Source of the DNA: Planctomycetota bacterium
Lineage (GTDB): Bacteria > Planctomycetota > UBA1135 > GCA-002686595
Direction of reading: 5' to 3'
DNA: 64,000 nt
NCBI GenBank assembly: GCA_028823395.1
Contig: JAPKBO010000001.1
Location: 4,920-68,919, forward strand
The notes beneath the pieces were generated by a model that had not been told where the DNA came from, did no database searches, and saw only the letters and a list, made by a program, of their open reading frames with translations. Below, in pieces: positions 16,901 to 24,301 of the stretch. The number at the start of each line of letters is the position of its first letter. Position 1 is the first letter of the stretch. The translations under genes and the position numbers were made by a program.

Positions 16901-19066
16901 ACGGGCCTCGGCCGCCTCCCGAAAACCGGGCGTGTCCACGTGATCCCCAAAACCATCGAGCACGCGCAACACCAGATCCTCGCCCTCCATTAGGAGGCTG
17001 ACCCGGTCTGACTCGCGGCTGGTCATGCCTACGTCCAAGAGGTATCCCTCCCCCAGCATGGCAGGCTTGACCCACAGCTCGAAGAGGACCGGATTCATCA
17101 AGCCACCCGAGCGCGCGTCCGCCCAAGCCACGCGCTTGTCGTCGATGGCGAAACCCAGAGTCTCGTCCGGCAGATAGCGACCCTCCAAGTCGCGAGTCTC
17201 GCGGTCAAAGTGCAGGGTACGGCCACGGTAGCGCCCCCCCTCTTCGAGGCGGGAGGGCCACAGCTGCGCCCAGGCTTCGTCTTCGCGCGAGGCGAACACG
17301 TGCTCGCCGGGTCCCGGATCCCCACTGTCAGAGTCGTCCGGAGTGAGGCCAGGCAGGTACACGCGTCCATCGCGTGTACCCATGTGCGGCCAGACCCGCG
17401 AGGGTGGCACCGTGCCGCCGTCCCACTGGGACGTCGCTTCGGGGCCCGTGGCCCACCAGGTGGCGCGCCGGGTCAGGCGCATGGATTCATCGAAGGCCTC
17501 CTGGGTGCCCCACAGAGTGAAGAGGTCGCGCTGGGGCACGACCCACTCGACGCGCTCACGGAGAGCATGGGTGCGTTCCAATCCACTCGGCGCATTGACC
17601 GAAGCGCGCAGTTGCATCGAGTACACGTCCCGCGACGTGAAGCACAAGGGCATGGTGGAGAATGCCAGCGACCCGTCGTTGGCGTTCAAACTATTCACGT
17701 AGAGCGCCAGCGCATCGACCGAAGAGATGGCGGCGCCAGAAGTGCCGGCGAATCGATCGGGAGACACGGGCGAACCCGAGGGCAACTCTTCAATTCCCGC
17801 CGCAGGCAAAACGATGCGCCGCATCCAGTCCTCGAGCCCCTCGAAGGGCCGACTCTCAACCGTCAACTCCGCAAGGAGCTTGGCCTCACTCGTGGTGATG
17901 CGCGAGTTCTGCCCGCGCAGCTGTAGGTTTTCAAACAGCGCGCGCAACACGAGCCCAGGTGCCGTGTTGACGTTCACCGGCCGGCGAGCCAGCACGCGCA
18001 CCTCCGTCTCCCAAGCCAGATAGTCCCGATCCAACACCTCATTGCAGAGGATGCGTCCGTTGGTGCTGCGCGACTGCACGTAGCGCAACTCGCCCCCCTC
18101 CTTGTCACCAATCCAAATCGTCGCGCCCTCGTTGAGATAGCGTGCATCATCCACGCCAATAGAGAGGGTCAATCCACCCTCTATGGGAGTGATCAGGCGT
18201 ACGGACCTTTGCCAGGCACTACCCGCGCAGACTCCAGCATGCACGCTGCCCACCTCCCCCAGAGCGTTATAGGCGCCATCCCCGACGCCCCCCACTATGG
18301 CGAAGGCGTCAGCCTCCCGTAGTTGCTCGATGGTGTCGAATTCGCGCAGGCGACCACCAGGACCCGAGATGCGCCAGATCACGGGGGCGAACGAACGCTG
18401 ATCCATGACGTGCGCCCCCACCGGGTGGTCGGAGGGCGGACGTGGGCCGTCGGTCACCCAGTCGCCGTCATCATTCTTGTGCGTATTCACACCCCGAACT
18501 TGAACCTGCATCTCGCCCTCTTCATCGAGAACGTAGTGAACGATCTCACCCTGGATAACGAGGAAACCCTCGCGCTCCCCGAAAGTATCGGCGTCATTGA
18601 GGGCCAGTGAGTTTGCGTCTCCCGCAACCACATCCGACGTGCGGGTGATCAGGCCCATGGCGCTGGCCAGCAGCTGGGGCGGCGCGCTGTTCAGATCGAT
18701 CAATCCCGCTACGTCGCGCACGTCCAGATCCCACATCGCTCCCGTCGCGTCGTTGGCCTTCAGGAAACCTTCGGCAAAAACATTGTCCACGCTCAACTCC
18801 TCCAGGGAGTCGGCGTACGGCGAAAGGTCGGGCAGCCCCGCATGGGAGGCCCCCAACTGACCGCGAGCGTGGCGGGCAGCGGAGTCCAGCAACAGGCGCG
18901 CCTCGGCACGGTCCGCCAGGTGCGCGCTGGCCCTATCCGCGTTGCGGGCGGCCAAGAGGAACGGAGCGCACAACACGAGCAGCGATAGGACGACCAGCAG
19001 CACCGCCATCAAGGCGAAGCCTTCGCGCCCGCGCGCAGCCAAAGGGATGGACTTATGGGCTCTCAT
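13934..19066 (-). CDS. giant (1710 aa) GspK-like minor pseudopilin with LamG-like and multiple repeat modules
   Basis: Leader ARGREG|FALMAVLLVVLSLLVL has no Glu at +5, as in GspK. Two GspK-type helix-hairpin-helix motifs (GLIDLNSAPPQLLASAMGL; PVNVNTAPGLVLRALFENL). ATGA overlaps at both ends (19063-19066 and 13934-13937). The tracked ORF start at 19429 is rejected as an extension running into the upstream gene. Confidence 0.7.
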   Translation of the reverse strand: MRAHKSIPLAARGREGFALMAVLLVVLSLLVLCAPFLLAARNADRASAHLADRAEARLLLDSAARHARGQLGASHAGLPDLSPYADSLEELSVDNVFAEGFLKANDATGAMWDLDVRDVAGLIDLNSAPPQLLASAMGLITRTSDVVAGDANSLALNDADTFGEREGFLVIQGEIVHYVLDEEGEMQVQVRGVNTHKNDDGDWVTDGPRPPSDHPVGAHVMDQRSFAPVIWRISGPGGRLREFDTIEQLREADAFAIVGGVGDGAYNALGEVGSVHAGVCAGSAWQRSVRLITPIEGGLTLSIGVDDARYLNEGATIWIGDKEGGELRYVQSRSTNGRILCNEVLDRDYLAWETEVRVLARRPVNVNTAPGLVLRALFENLQLRGQNSRITTSEAKLLAELTVESRPFEGLEDWMRRIVLPAAGIEELPSGSPVSPDRFAGTSGAAISSVDALALYVNSLNANDGSLAFSTMPLCFTSRDVYSMQLRASVNAPSGLERTHALRERVEWVVPQRDLFTLWGTQEAFDESMRLTRRATWWATGPEATSQWDGGTVPPSRVWPHMGTRDGRVYLPGLTPDDSDSGDPGPGEHVFASREDEAWAQLWPSRLEEGGRYRGRTLHFDRETRDLEGRYLPDETLGFAIDDKRVAWADARSGGLMNPVLFELWVKPAMLGEGYLLDVGMTSRESDRVSLLMEGEDLVLRVLDGFGDHVDTPGFREAAEARFALAEGDGPGFPVDTWSHVSLEVLGTRPDQLGLMVNGSASGVRRPGMSKLSGGAGQGMGFLALDDTEGFPTQGVVRVGNELVEYVLSSGGLEATHVEVGPNAGHGGRLARTRWSVEGLPANLGAITTDHPLGASVSLYGYSAPLASNLPAGNAQLPEAIGPFRVARVIGVDASTGTGPDPILGGFFDFGDGYEATNMSGLILALADDPTGDPGESDVMTAFNPTGGYAALVQQGWAFDETGTSGIPPNAPLGGLEIIRYSGYTGTVLDVTARGDVVANELPNYGNQDPTGFAGGVRVYVVDWEGTTNAEGDLVQGMLDMGCYCVPISLPCPGADDLTYLPALDNSEFVQLTRPDAAEFTEWVRYDTLATAQGQLVRDRNQALLAVYVTLTSGGVMNDLRGTVDGNGGGGPGGGGGGGGGGGGGGTYAPATGPPVVSSGPVPSVGSDWDPLRGEPELDEFYLSRAVSSVFQFRGVLGTHTHDHPAGTQVLPVFHLFDRGVDGGRPGAGDAVFVSGANPDHLGWPMVVERAHLPAAEYTGYGWDFDPGGDQVALPSSPESFEANHSEINVQHIYVAFDKPCPESVAMVTLGTTTTDSRLLPRISKFPSGERPRIVSSVSVGSTFDAQGGEVPSAVVDEVAFGSQQFLMGLPGTSPAMHSAGAQMILAEAMDESSGTMRVAPTGFVIPGGRWGGAQGVLGALDSDGGLLRIGNEILAYTERDVETGDIVVAPDGRGLLGTDPQPHQPTELVTLMEGWAVSSLTGGIGPSDSTLPIESATGFGTSGTVLIGDELIHFTRQRRGSLEMPRSGYDADDPDSRSSSDDGGGAGLFRGRYGTVPSAHALRSTVIQFPFRYWDRWAEQADAPEMSYFGFELEQPGAWWSESFWDSEPATHGQCHIGVLQRTDPSVPWDADPEEESGLQLLFQGRDGDAALPVGVQSQRIDWRVFVRYDPGAFDPTAGLSHGWKETPRLKRLGVGYQAPGQVLRSVDQ
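15629..15685 (-). repeat. imperfect (GCC/ACC)n trinucleotide tract encoding GGGGPG14 inside the giant pseudopilin
   Basis: Codon-by-codon reading: 14 consecutive Gly codons, then Pro, then 4 more Gly (protein ...DGNGGGGPGGGGGGGGGGGGGGTYAP...). Confidence 0.95.
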
Positions 19067-20112
19067 TCGACCGTCCCGTACACGTTGACTCGAATGGTCT
19101 CCACACCGCCCTCGCCAAAGTCGAGGCCCAGCTCTACCGGCCGCAGATGAACCGTTGGATCCAATCCACCTCCGGCCATGAACTCCACGGAGGCGGGAGT
19201 TTGGGGAGTAAAATCCACCCCCAGGGGCAAAACGCCTCGCTCGCTGCCCACCACGACCGCCAGGATCAGCCTGTCGAGAACTCCCGAGGGAAGGGTGGTT
19301 CCACCGCCCACGATCAAGGGCGCCTCCACGTCCCAGACCGGCACGTCGGAGGCCGTTGAGGCCAGCGGAACCCCATTGACCAGAAGTCGCAGAGTGCGTT
19401 TGTCGTAGACGCATCGCACATGATTCCATTGGTCCGGCCGTAGAGCCGTGGCACTTGTCTGAACACCGACCCTTGCGCCACGCCGAGGCTGGCCCAGTGC
19501 GTCCACCTCACGCCGGTACAGGGTGGCCGAGAGGCCTCCACCGGAAGTGGTCTGCAACAGGAAGGAGTCGCCGATTTCGATCAGCTTGGCCCCCACCATG
19601 CGCTCGGGCTTGTAGCTGATCTCCAGACTGAACCCCTCGGTCAAGTCGAATGCGGGGTCGTGTTGCACGGGGAACTCGGCCCGCGCGCCGGCGGGCGCAC
19701 CATCGAATGAGAGTCCACGCCCCATGAACCCGTCGTCGTCCAACAGTGAGCCACTCCCCAAGAATACACCGTCGATTCCATCCGAACCGCTAAGGGTCTC
19801 GTCCTCGAAATGCCAAGTACCCACGACACGCATGCCCACGGTCAGGATTTCGCCTGTCTCGTGATTGAGGATCACGCGAGAAGGAGCCCCCAGAGCCACG
19901 GCTGTGTTGTGCGCGGTACGCAACAGGCTCGTGACCTGACCCAGAGCGGCGCGCCGACCGGGATCCAGGGTCGCGAAAGCCCCCAATCCCATGCCCATCA
20001 TCACAGCGATCAGCCCCATCACAAGCATCAGCTCGATCAGGGTCATGCCCGCGTTGAAGCGGACCGGACGCGTGGGGTTAGTCCCGCTCAATCTCAAAGT
20101 TGGCGATGTCAT
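19063..20112 (-). CDS. modular pseudopilin (GspH position) carrying a LamG/concanavalin-A-like domain
   Basis: VRFNAG|MTLIELMLVMGLIAVMM with Glu at +5. C-terminal WNHVRCVYDKRTLRLLVNGVPLAS is typical of Laminin_G_3-type jelly rolls. ATG at 20112 overlaps gspG by 35 nt (in-frame TTG alternatives exist). ATGA overlap with the giant gene. Confidence 0.7.
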   Translation of the reverse strand: MTSPTLRLSGTNPTRPVRFNAGMTLIELMLVMGLIAVMMGMGLGAFATLDPGRRAALGQVTSLLRTAHNTAVALGAPSRVILNHETGEILTVGMRVVGTWHFEDETLSGSDGIDGVFLGSGSLLDDDGFMGRGLSFDGAPAGARAEFPVQHDPAFDLTEGFSLEISYKPERMVGAKLIEIGDSFLLQTTSGGGLSATLYRREVDALGQPRRGARVGVQTSATALRPDQWNHVRCVYDKRTLRLLVNGVPLASTASDVPVWDVEAPLIVGGGTTLPSGVLDRLILAVVVGSERGVLPLGVDFTPQTPASVEFMAGGGLDPTVHLRPVELGLDFGEGGVETIRVNVYGTVE

Positions 20113-20779
20113 CTGCAGTACCGAAAAATCCGTCGGGTCCGGCGGAGATGATCTGGAAGCTGGATTTGCGATGAGGGTCTCCCGTCTTGCGGGAGACGCC
20201 TCCCTTGACCGGGCCCTCAATATCCAGACCCACTTCGTCATAGGTGAGGTAGTGAATCTCCTTCTCGTAGTCCCGGCGGTGGATGTACGCGAGGGGATTT
20301 CCCCAAACGTCGATCAACTCGAAGGCATCGGGGCTACTGAAGCGCGTCAGGCTGGTCTTCGTGCTATCTCCATCGGTGTTGCCGAGAGCATCCTCACCTA
20401 TCTCCGCGGCCTGCCAAGGACGGCCCTGGCGCCACAGGCTGATGACGAGCATTTCCACACCCATGTTGATGCGGTTGGGCTTGGGGTCGAGGCTGGCCGG
20501 GAAGGTCGAGGGCGGGTAGCGCTGGAACTCGTTGTTGTACTCCTCCACCAGCCCACCGATGGTCTGAATCAGGGCCTTGGTATTGCCCACCTCCACGCTG
20601 ATCTGGGCAGCGCGCACGGAGCGCACCAGGAAGGTCACCAGGATGGACAGAATCATGAGCACCGCCAGGAGCTCAATCAGGGTGAAGCCACCTTGGGTTC
20701 CGTCCCGCTCAGGAGCGGTCGTGGAAGACGCCCGAGAGGTCCGGAGGAGTAGCGGGCGAAGGGAGTTGGAGATTCGCAT
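20078..20779 (-). CDS. gspG: type II secretion major pseudopilin GspG-like, with an internal insertion
   Basis: TQGG|FTLIELLAVLMILSILVTFLVRSV...KALIQTIGGLVEEYNNEFQRYPPS and C-terminal FQIISAGPDGFFGTADDIANF match the GspG pattern. Confidence 0.8.
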   Translation of the reverse strand: MRISNSLRPLLLRTSRASSTTAPERDGTQGGFTLIELLAVLMILSILVTFLVRSVRAAQISVEVGNTKALIQTIGGLVEEYNNEFQRYPPSTFPASLDPKPNRINMGVEMLVISLWRQGRPWQAAEIGEDALGNTDGDSTKTSLTRFSSPDAFELIDVWGNPLAYIHRRDYEKEIHYLTYDEVGLDIEGPVKGGVSRKTGDPHRKSSFQIISAGPDGFFGTADDIANFEIERD

Positions 20780-20794
20780 GGTCGAGTTTAAATC

Positions 20795-23488
20795 CTAAAG
20801 CCGTCGCCGGATGACCCCTACGTAGTTCACCGAAACCGAGGCACGCCTGCCGGCGCGGCCCTCTACGAAGATTCCGAAGCGCAATGGCTGACTTGAACGG
20901 CCCAGAGTCGGCAGTGCCAAGTTCTCGATCACGGGAACGTCATCGACCCACAGGGTAACCGTGGTATCCGAGGAGGTCTCTCCGCGCTTCTCGATCCCCA
21001 CGCGCATGGGCTCCCCCACGTTCCATTGGGCGGTATACAGATCTTGCGCCGCCGCATCCAGCTCACCCTTCTTGGTCAGCGTCGCGCGCACGGCACCGTC
21101 CCAGTGACGCACCAATTCCACAGCGGCATGGGTTCGGATGTCCCCGGTGCGACCTTCAGTTTCGCGTGCGATAAAGATGCCCACGGTCACGTCCCGCGAA
21201 TCGGGGTGAACGGTGAGCTCGGCCTCGAGTGAAAGCAGGCGGTCTGCGGGAAGCTCGCGGTAGAGGCGGGTCCGACTCTCCTTGCTGAGCTGCCCCTCGA
21301 TCCACACGGCTCCGTCGCGCAGGCGCACCTCCGCGCCGTAGCCTTGGTCGTAGGTCCAGCCGTTGCCCACACGTCCCACGCGGTCGAAACGGTCGCGCCA
21401 GAACTCCTTGCTCTCGTGGTCGCGGATGCGAGCGCTCTGGGACTCGGCGTATTGACTGGCCGCATCGCCCTCGAGCTCGTTACGGCGGATGTCCACCAGT
21501 TCGGCAAAGCTAGCCTGGGCCTGCCCCGAGTCGCCGCTGAGGTACTGCCACCAGGCCATCCCGTTCCGGGCCGAGGCCAGGTCGGGATCGAGGCCCAGTG
21601 CTACGCCGAAAGAGGTCTCGGCCTTGCTCAACTCACCCAGCACCAGGAAGTTCAATCCACGCCGGGCATGCACGGCCGGGCGTGCGGTATCGATACTCAG
21701 GGCCCGCTCGAAGTAGCGCTCGGCCGAATCCGGATCCCCCCCCTCGCTGGCCAGGGCGCCCATAGCGATCAGCGCGTCGGGGAAATCCAATTCCTGATCG
21801 AGGGCAGCGCGGAAGCTCGCCATGGCTTCGTCCTCTTCATCGCGCTGCGTCTGCAGACGCCCGCGCTGATAGAGAGTCCAGGCGTCTTCGGGGTTCGACG
21901 CGTAGGCCATCTCGATGTAGGTCCAGGCTTCCTCCGGATGGCCCGTAATCTCGGCCACCCAACTCAAGCTTCGCCAGCACAGCCAAGCACGGAAGGGATC
22001 AACCGCTGCGGCCTGGCGTAGGGAGCTCACGGCGCCCCCATCATCCTCGGCCTGCAAGGCGGCCAACCCACGGGCGAAGAGCAGATCGAAGCTGGCATCC
22101 GGCCCGTCGCTGACATTCTCCTCCAGCACATCACCCTCACCCAAGAGGACCGACGCGGCCAAGACTCCCGCAGGGCCAAGGTCCGCTTCGGGGTCCGCAC
22201 TGGCGCCGCGCTCGAACGCATCTCTCGCCGCCCGTACCTCACCGCGAGCCATCAGCACACGACCAAAATCCGTGCGGATACCCACCCGTTCGGCGCGCAG
22301 GTCGTTGCCCGTGGGCTCCCGCTTCTGGGCCTCGTTCAGGTGCTCAAAGGCTTGATCGTATTGACCGGCATCCAGGAGAAACCGTCCGTACAGCCAACGC
22401 ACAAGCCAGTCCGTTCGCGAACGGCGCAGGCCCTCGTCAAAGGCCTGCTGGGCCGGGCCGCGCATGCGGAAGCGGGCGTACAGGTCTCCTAGTCGAGCCC
22501 ACGGCTCGGGCTCCGTATGCAAATTGCCTTCGGTCAGGCTCGCGTAGACGTCCAAGGCAGCCTGGAAATCAAAACCCAGCTCATGACACCGGGCCAAACC
22601 CAGGTGCGGGCGCACGTCGGTGGGCTGTAACCCGACGCACAGGCGGTACAGGTCCTCGGCCACTTCCAGGGCACGCGACGTCTCGTTACGCAGCCCGAGG
22701 CACTCCCCTGCAAAACGCATGGCCCCGTCAAAGTCGCCCGGGCGCAAGTCAGAACCGAAGGCGGCACGGCCCAGCTCGACTCTGTTCGCCGATGTATCAG
22801 CAAACCCTAAATCTTGAACGCGCTCGGCCTCGTAGGCCACAGCTTGCTGGCCGGGGAAGCGCTCCTTGCCAGTGCTGGGATCAATCTCGAGAAACAAAAC
22901 GGCCTCGCCACTTCCCTTCAGCCCAAAGCGGTCGCGATTCGCGATGTGGCCGAACTTCAGGTTGGCTACCACGATCCAATCGTAGAGTTTCTTGCGCGCT
23001 TCAATGCGTGCTAGGCGTTCGTCGACAGTGAGGTCCGCGTCCGACGCACCACTCACCGTTATGATGTCCTGCGAGTCTCCACTTCCGATCGATGCGGGCT
23101 CCATTGACGAGACATCAAACAGGCCTGGCGCCGATCTGGCAGAAAGCGGCGTGCGCAGATGCTCGCCCATGTGCTTGGCGGCAGGGCCGTAAGCGCTTGG
23201 AGGGGCGAGGGCAGGCAGGGGCTCGATGGGTGGTGAAATTAACTCCAGGAGCGGCAGGGGGGTGGTGTCCCGAGGTGGCGAGAAGAGGTCACGCTGAAGG
23301 GTCCCCTGACGACTCTCAGCCGGTAAGGCCAAATCGCTATCGGGGACGGCGGCCCGCGAGTAGCTCTTGGCCGTTCCAGCGCTCCCTCCTCGAAGGCCCA
23401 CAGTCCCATCAGACATCAAACCGTAAGCGCTCCAGGCGAGGAGCCCCGCTACGGCCAGGAAGACACCGGTCTCTTTTTTCATTTCCAT
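20795..23488 (-). CDS. membrane-anchored TPR-repeat protein with C-terminal beta-jelly-roll (DUF1080/LamG-like) domain
   Basis: Start trimmed to MEMKKETGVFLAVAGLLAWSAYGLM (TM), 16 nt after the upstream stop. Multiple TPR-like helices. The last about 190 aa (20798-21367) read GNGWTYDQGYGAEVRLRDGAVWIEG...LWVDDVPV... Confidence 0.7.
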   Translation of the reverse strand: MEMKKETGVFLAVAGLLAWSAYGLMSDGTVGLRGGSAGTAKSYSRAAVPDSDLALPAESRQGTLQRDLFSPPRDTTPLPLLELISPPIEPLPALAPPSAYGPAAKHMGEHLRTPLSARSAPGLFDVSSMEPASIGSGDSQDIITVSGASDADLTVDERLARIEARKKLYDWIVVANLKFGHIANRDRFGLKGSGEAVLFLEIDPSTGKERFPGQQAVAYEAERVQDLGFADTSANRVELGRAAFGSDLRPGDFDGAMRFAGECLGLRNETSRALEVAEDLYRLCVGLQPTDVRPHLGLARCHELGFDFQAALDVYASLTEGNLHTEPEPWARLGDLYARFRMRGPAQQAFDEGLRRSRTDWLVRWLYGRFLLDAGQYDQAFEHLNEAQKREPTGNDLRAERVGIRTDFGRVLMARGEVRAARDAFERGASADPEADLGPAGVLAASVLLGEGDVLEENVSDGPDASFDLLFARGLAALQAEDDGGAVSSLRQAAAVDPFRAWLCWRSLSWVAEITGHPEEAWTYIEMAYASNPEDAWTLYQRGRLQTQRDEEDEAMASFRAALDQELDFPDALIAMGALASEGGDPDSAERYFERALSIDTARPAVHARRGLNFLVLGELSKAETSFGVALGLDPDLASARNGMAWWQYLSGDSGQAQASFAELVDIRRNELEGDAASQYAESQSARIRDHESKEFWRDRFDRVGRVGNGWTYDQGYGAEVRLRDGAVWIEGQLSKESRTRLYRELPADRLLSLEAELTVHPDSRDVTVGIFIARETEGRTGDIRTHAAVELVRHWDGAVRATLTKKGELDAAAQDLYTAQWNVGEPMRVGIEKRGETSSDTTVTLWVDDVPVIENLALPTLGRSSQPLRFGIFVEGRAGRRASVSVNYVGVIRRRL

Positions 23489-23504
23489 GATGATGGTCCC
23501 GAGG

Positions 23505-24299
23505 CTACTGCCCGGCCTCCTCGCCACCCAGGTTGTCCTTGATGCGCACGACCTGATACTCGATATCCGCTTTGACGGATCCGATCTTGTTGCGCTCGTT
23601 CTTGACGTTGAACTGACCGATGGCCAACGGACCACCGCTCCCATCTTCCGCCGCAGGCTCTTGGCTGGCCACGATCAAGTTGGTGACCGACTCGGCGCTG
23701 GACAAAAGAGTAAAGGTGACGCTCGTACGCTCCACGGCGCCCAATCCACTGCGGGATCCAAAGCCCGGATCGAGCTTCACAGCAATACGACTGATGCGAT
23801 CGACGCCAGCATCGGCGGCGAGTCGAGCCACGCGCTCTAAGAGGTCTAAGGCCTCAAGGCGACGCTCGATCTCCGGCAGACTGTTGGTCTCCAACATTTC
23901 AATACCCCATCCGTCCGGGTAGTTCATACGTCGACGGCTGGCCAGAAGGTTCAGGTCCTCTCGCACTTCCTCCACGCGAGTGAAGTAGATCCCGCTCGCT
24001 GAACCGGTACCCGCCTCCACGACAAAGCCGGGGCGCGGCCGAAATGCGGTGGCTCCGGTCATGACGCTGATCGCCTCGCGCAGAGCGTCGTTCTCTTCGG
24101 CCGCAGCATCACGATGGGTGGTGGAGTAACGCTCGGCCTTGAGGTCTCCACGGTTCTTGTTGCGCAGACGCTTGGCCGTCCCCAAGTCCTCACCGTAGAG
24201 ACTCTGCACGACGAAGAGTCCGATCACAAAGACGAGGAAGCCGCCGCCAAGAGTGACAAGGAAACGTTTGTTCTCTTGCCAGTAGTCATTCATGTCCAT
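23505..24299 (-). CDS. PilO/GspM-like bitopic assembly protein
   Basis: Short cytoplasmic N-terminus, one TM (FLVTLGGGFLVFVIGLFVV), a coiled region and an about 150-aa periplasmic domain. Sits 2 nt downstream of the PilM-PilN fusion gene. Call is by position and topology. Confidence 0.5.
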   Translation of the reverse strand: MDMNDYWQENKRFLVTLGGGFLVFVIGLFVVQSLYGEDLGTAKRLRNKNRGDLKAERYSTTHRDAAAEENDALREAISVMTGATAFRPRPGFVVEAGTGSASGIYFTRVEEVREDLNLLASRRRMNYPDGWGIEMLETNSLPEIERRLEALDLLERVARLAADAGVDRISRIAVKLDPGFGSRSGLGAVERTSVTFTLLSSAESVTNLIVASQEPAAEDGSGGPLAIGQFNVKNERNKIGSVKADIEYQVVRIKDNLGGEEAGQ

Positions 24300-24301
24300 G
24301 G

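Noticed and set aside
19067-19429. 121-aa N-terminal extension of the giant ORF (tracked start at 19429)
   Set aside because: The extension is Gly/Arg-rich and lies entirely inside the upstream LamG-pseudopilin gene. The ATG at 19066 gives a short basic leader before G|FALMAV and a 4-nt ATGA coupling. The same logic trimmed 13938-14015, 20113-20241, 23489-23644, 28117-28323 and 9619-9780.
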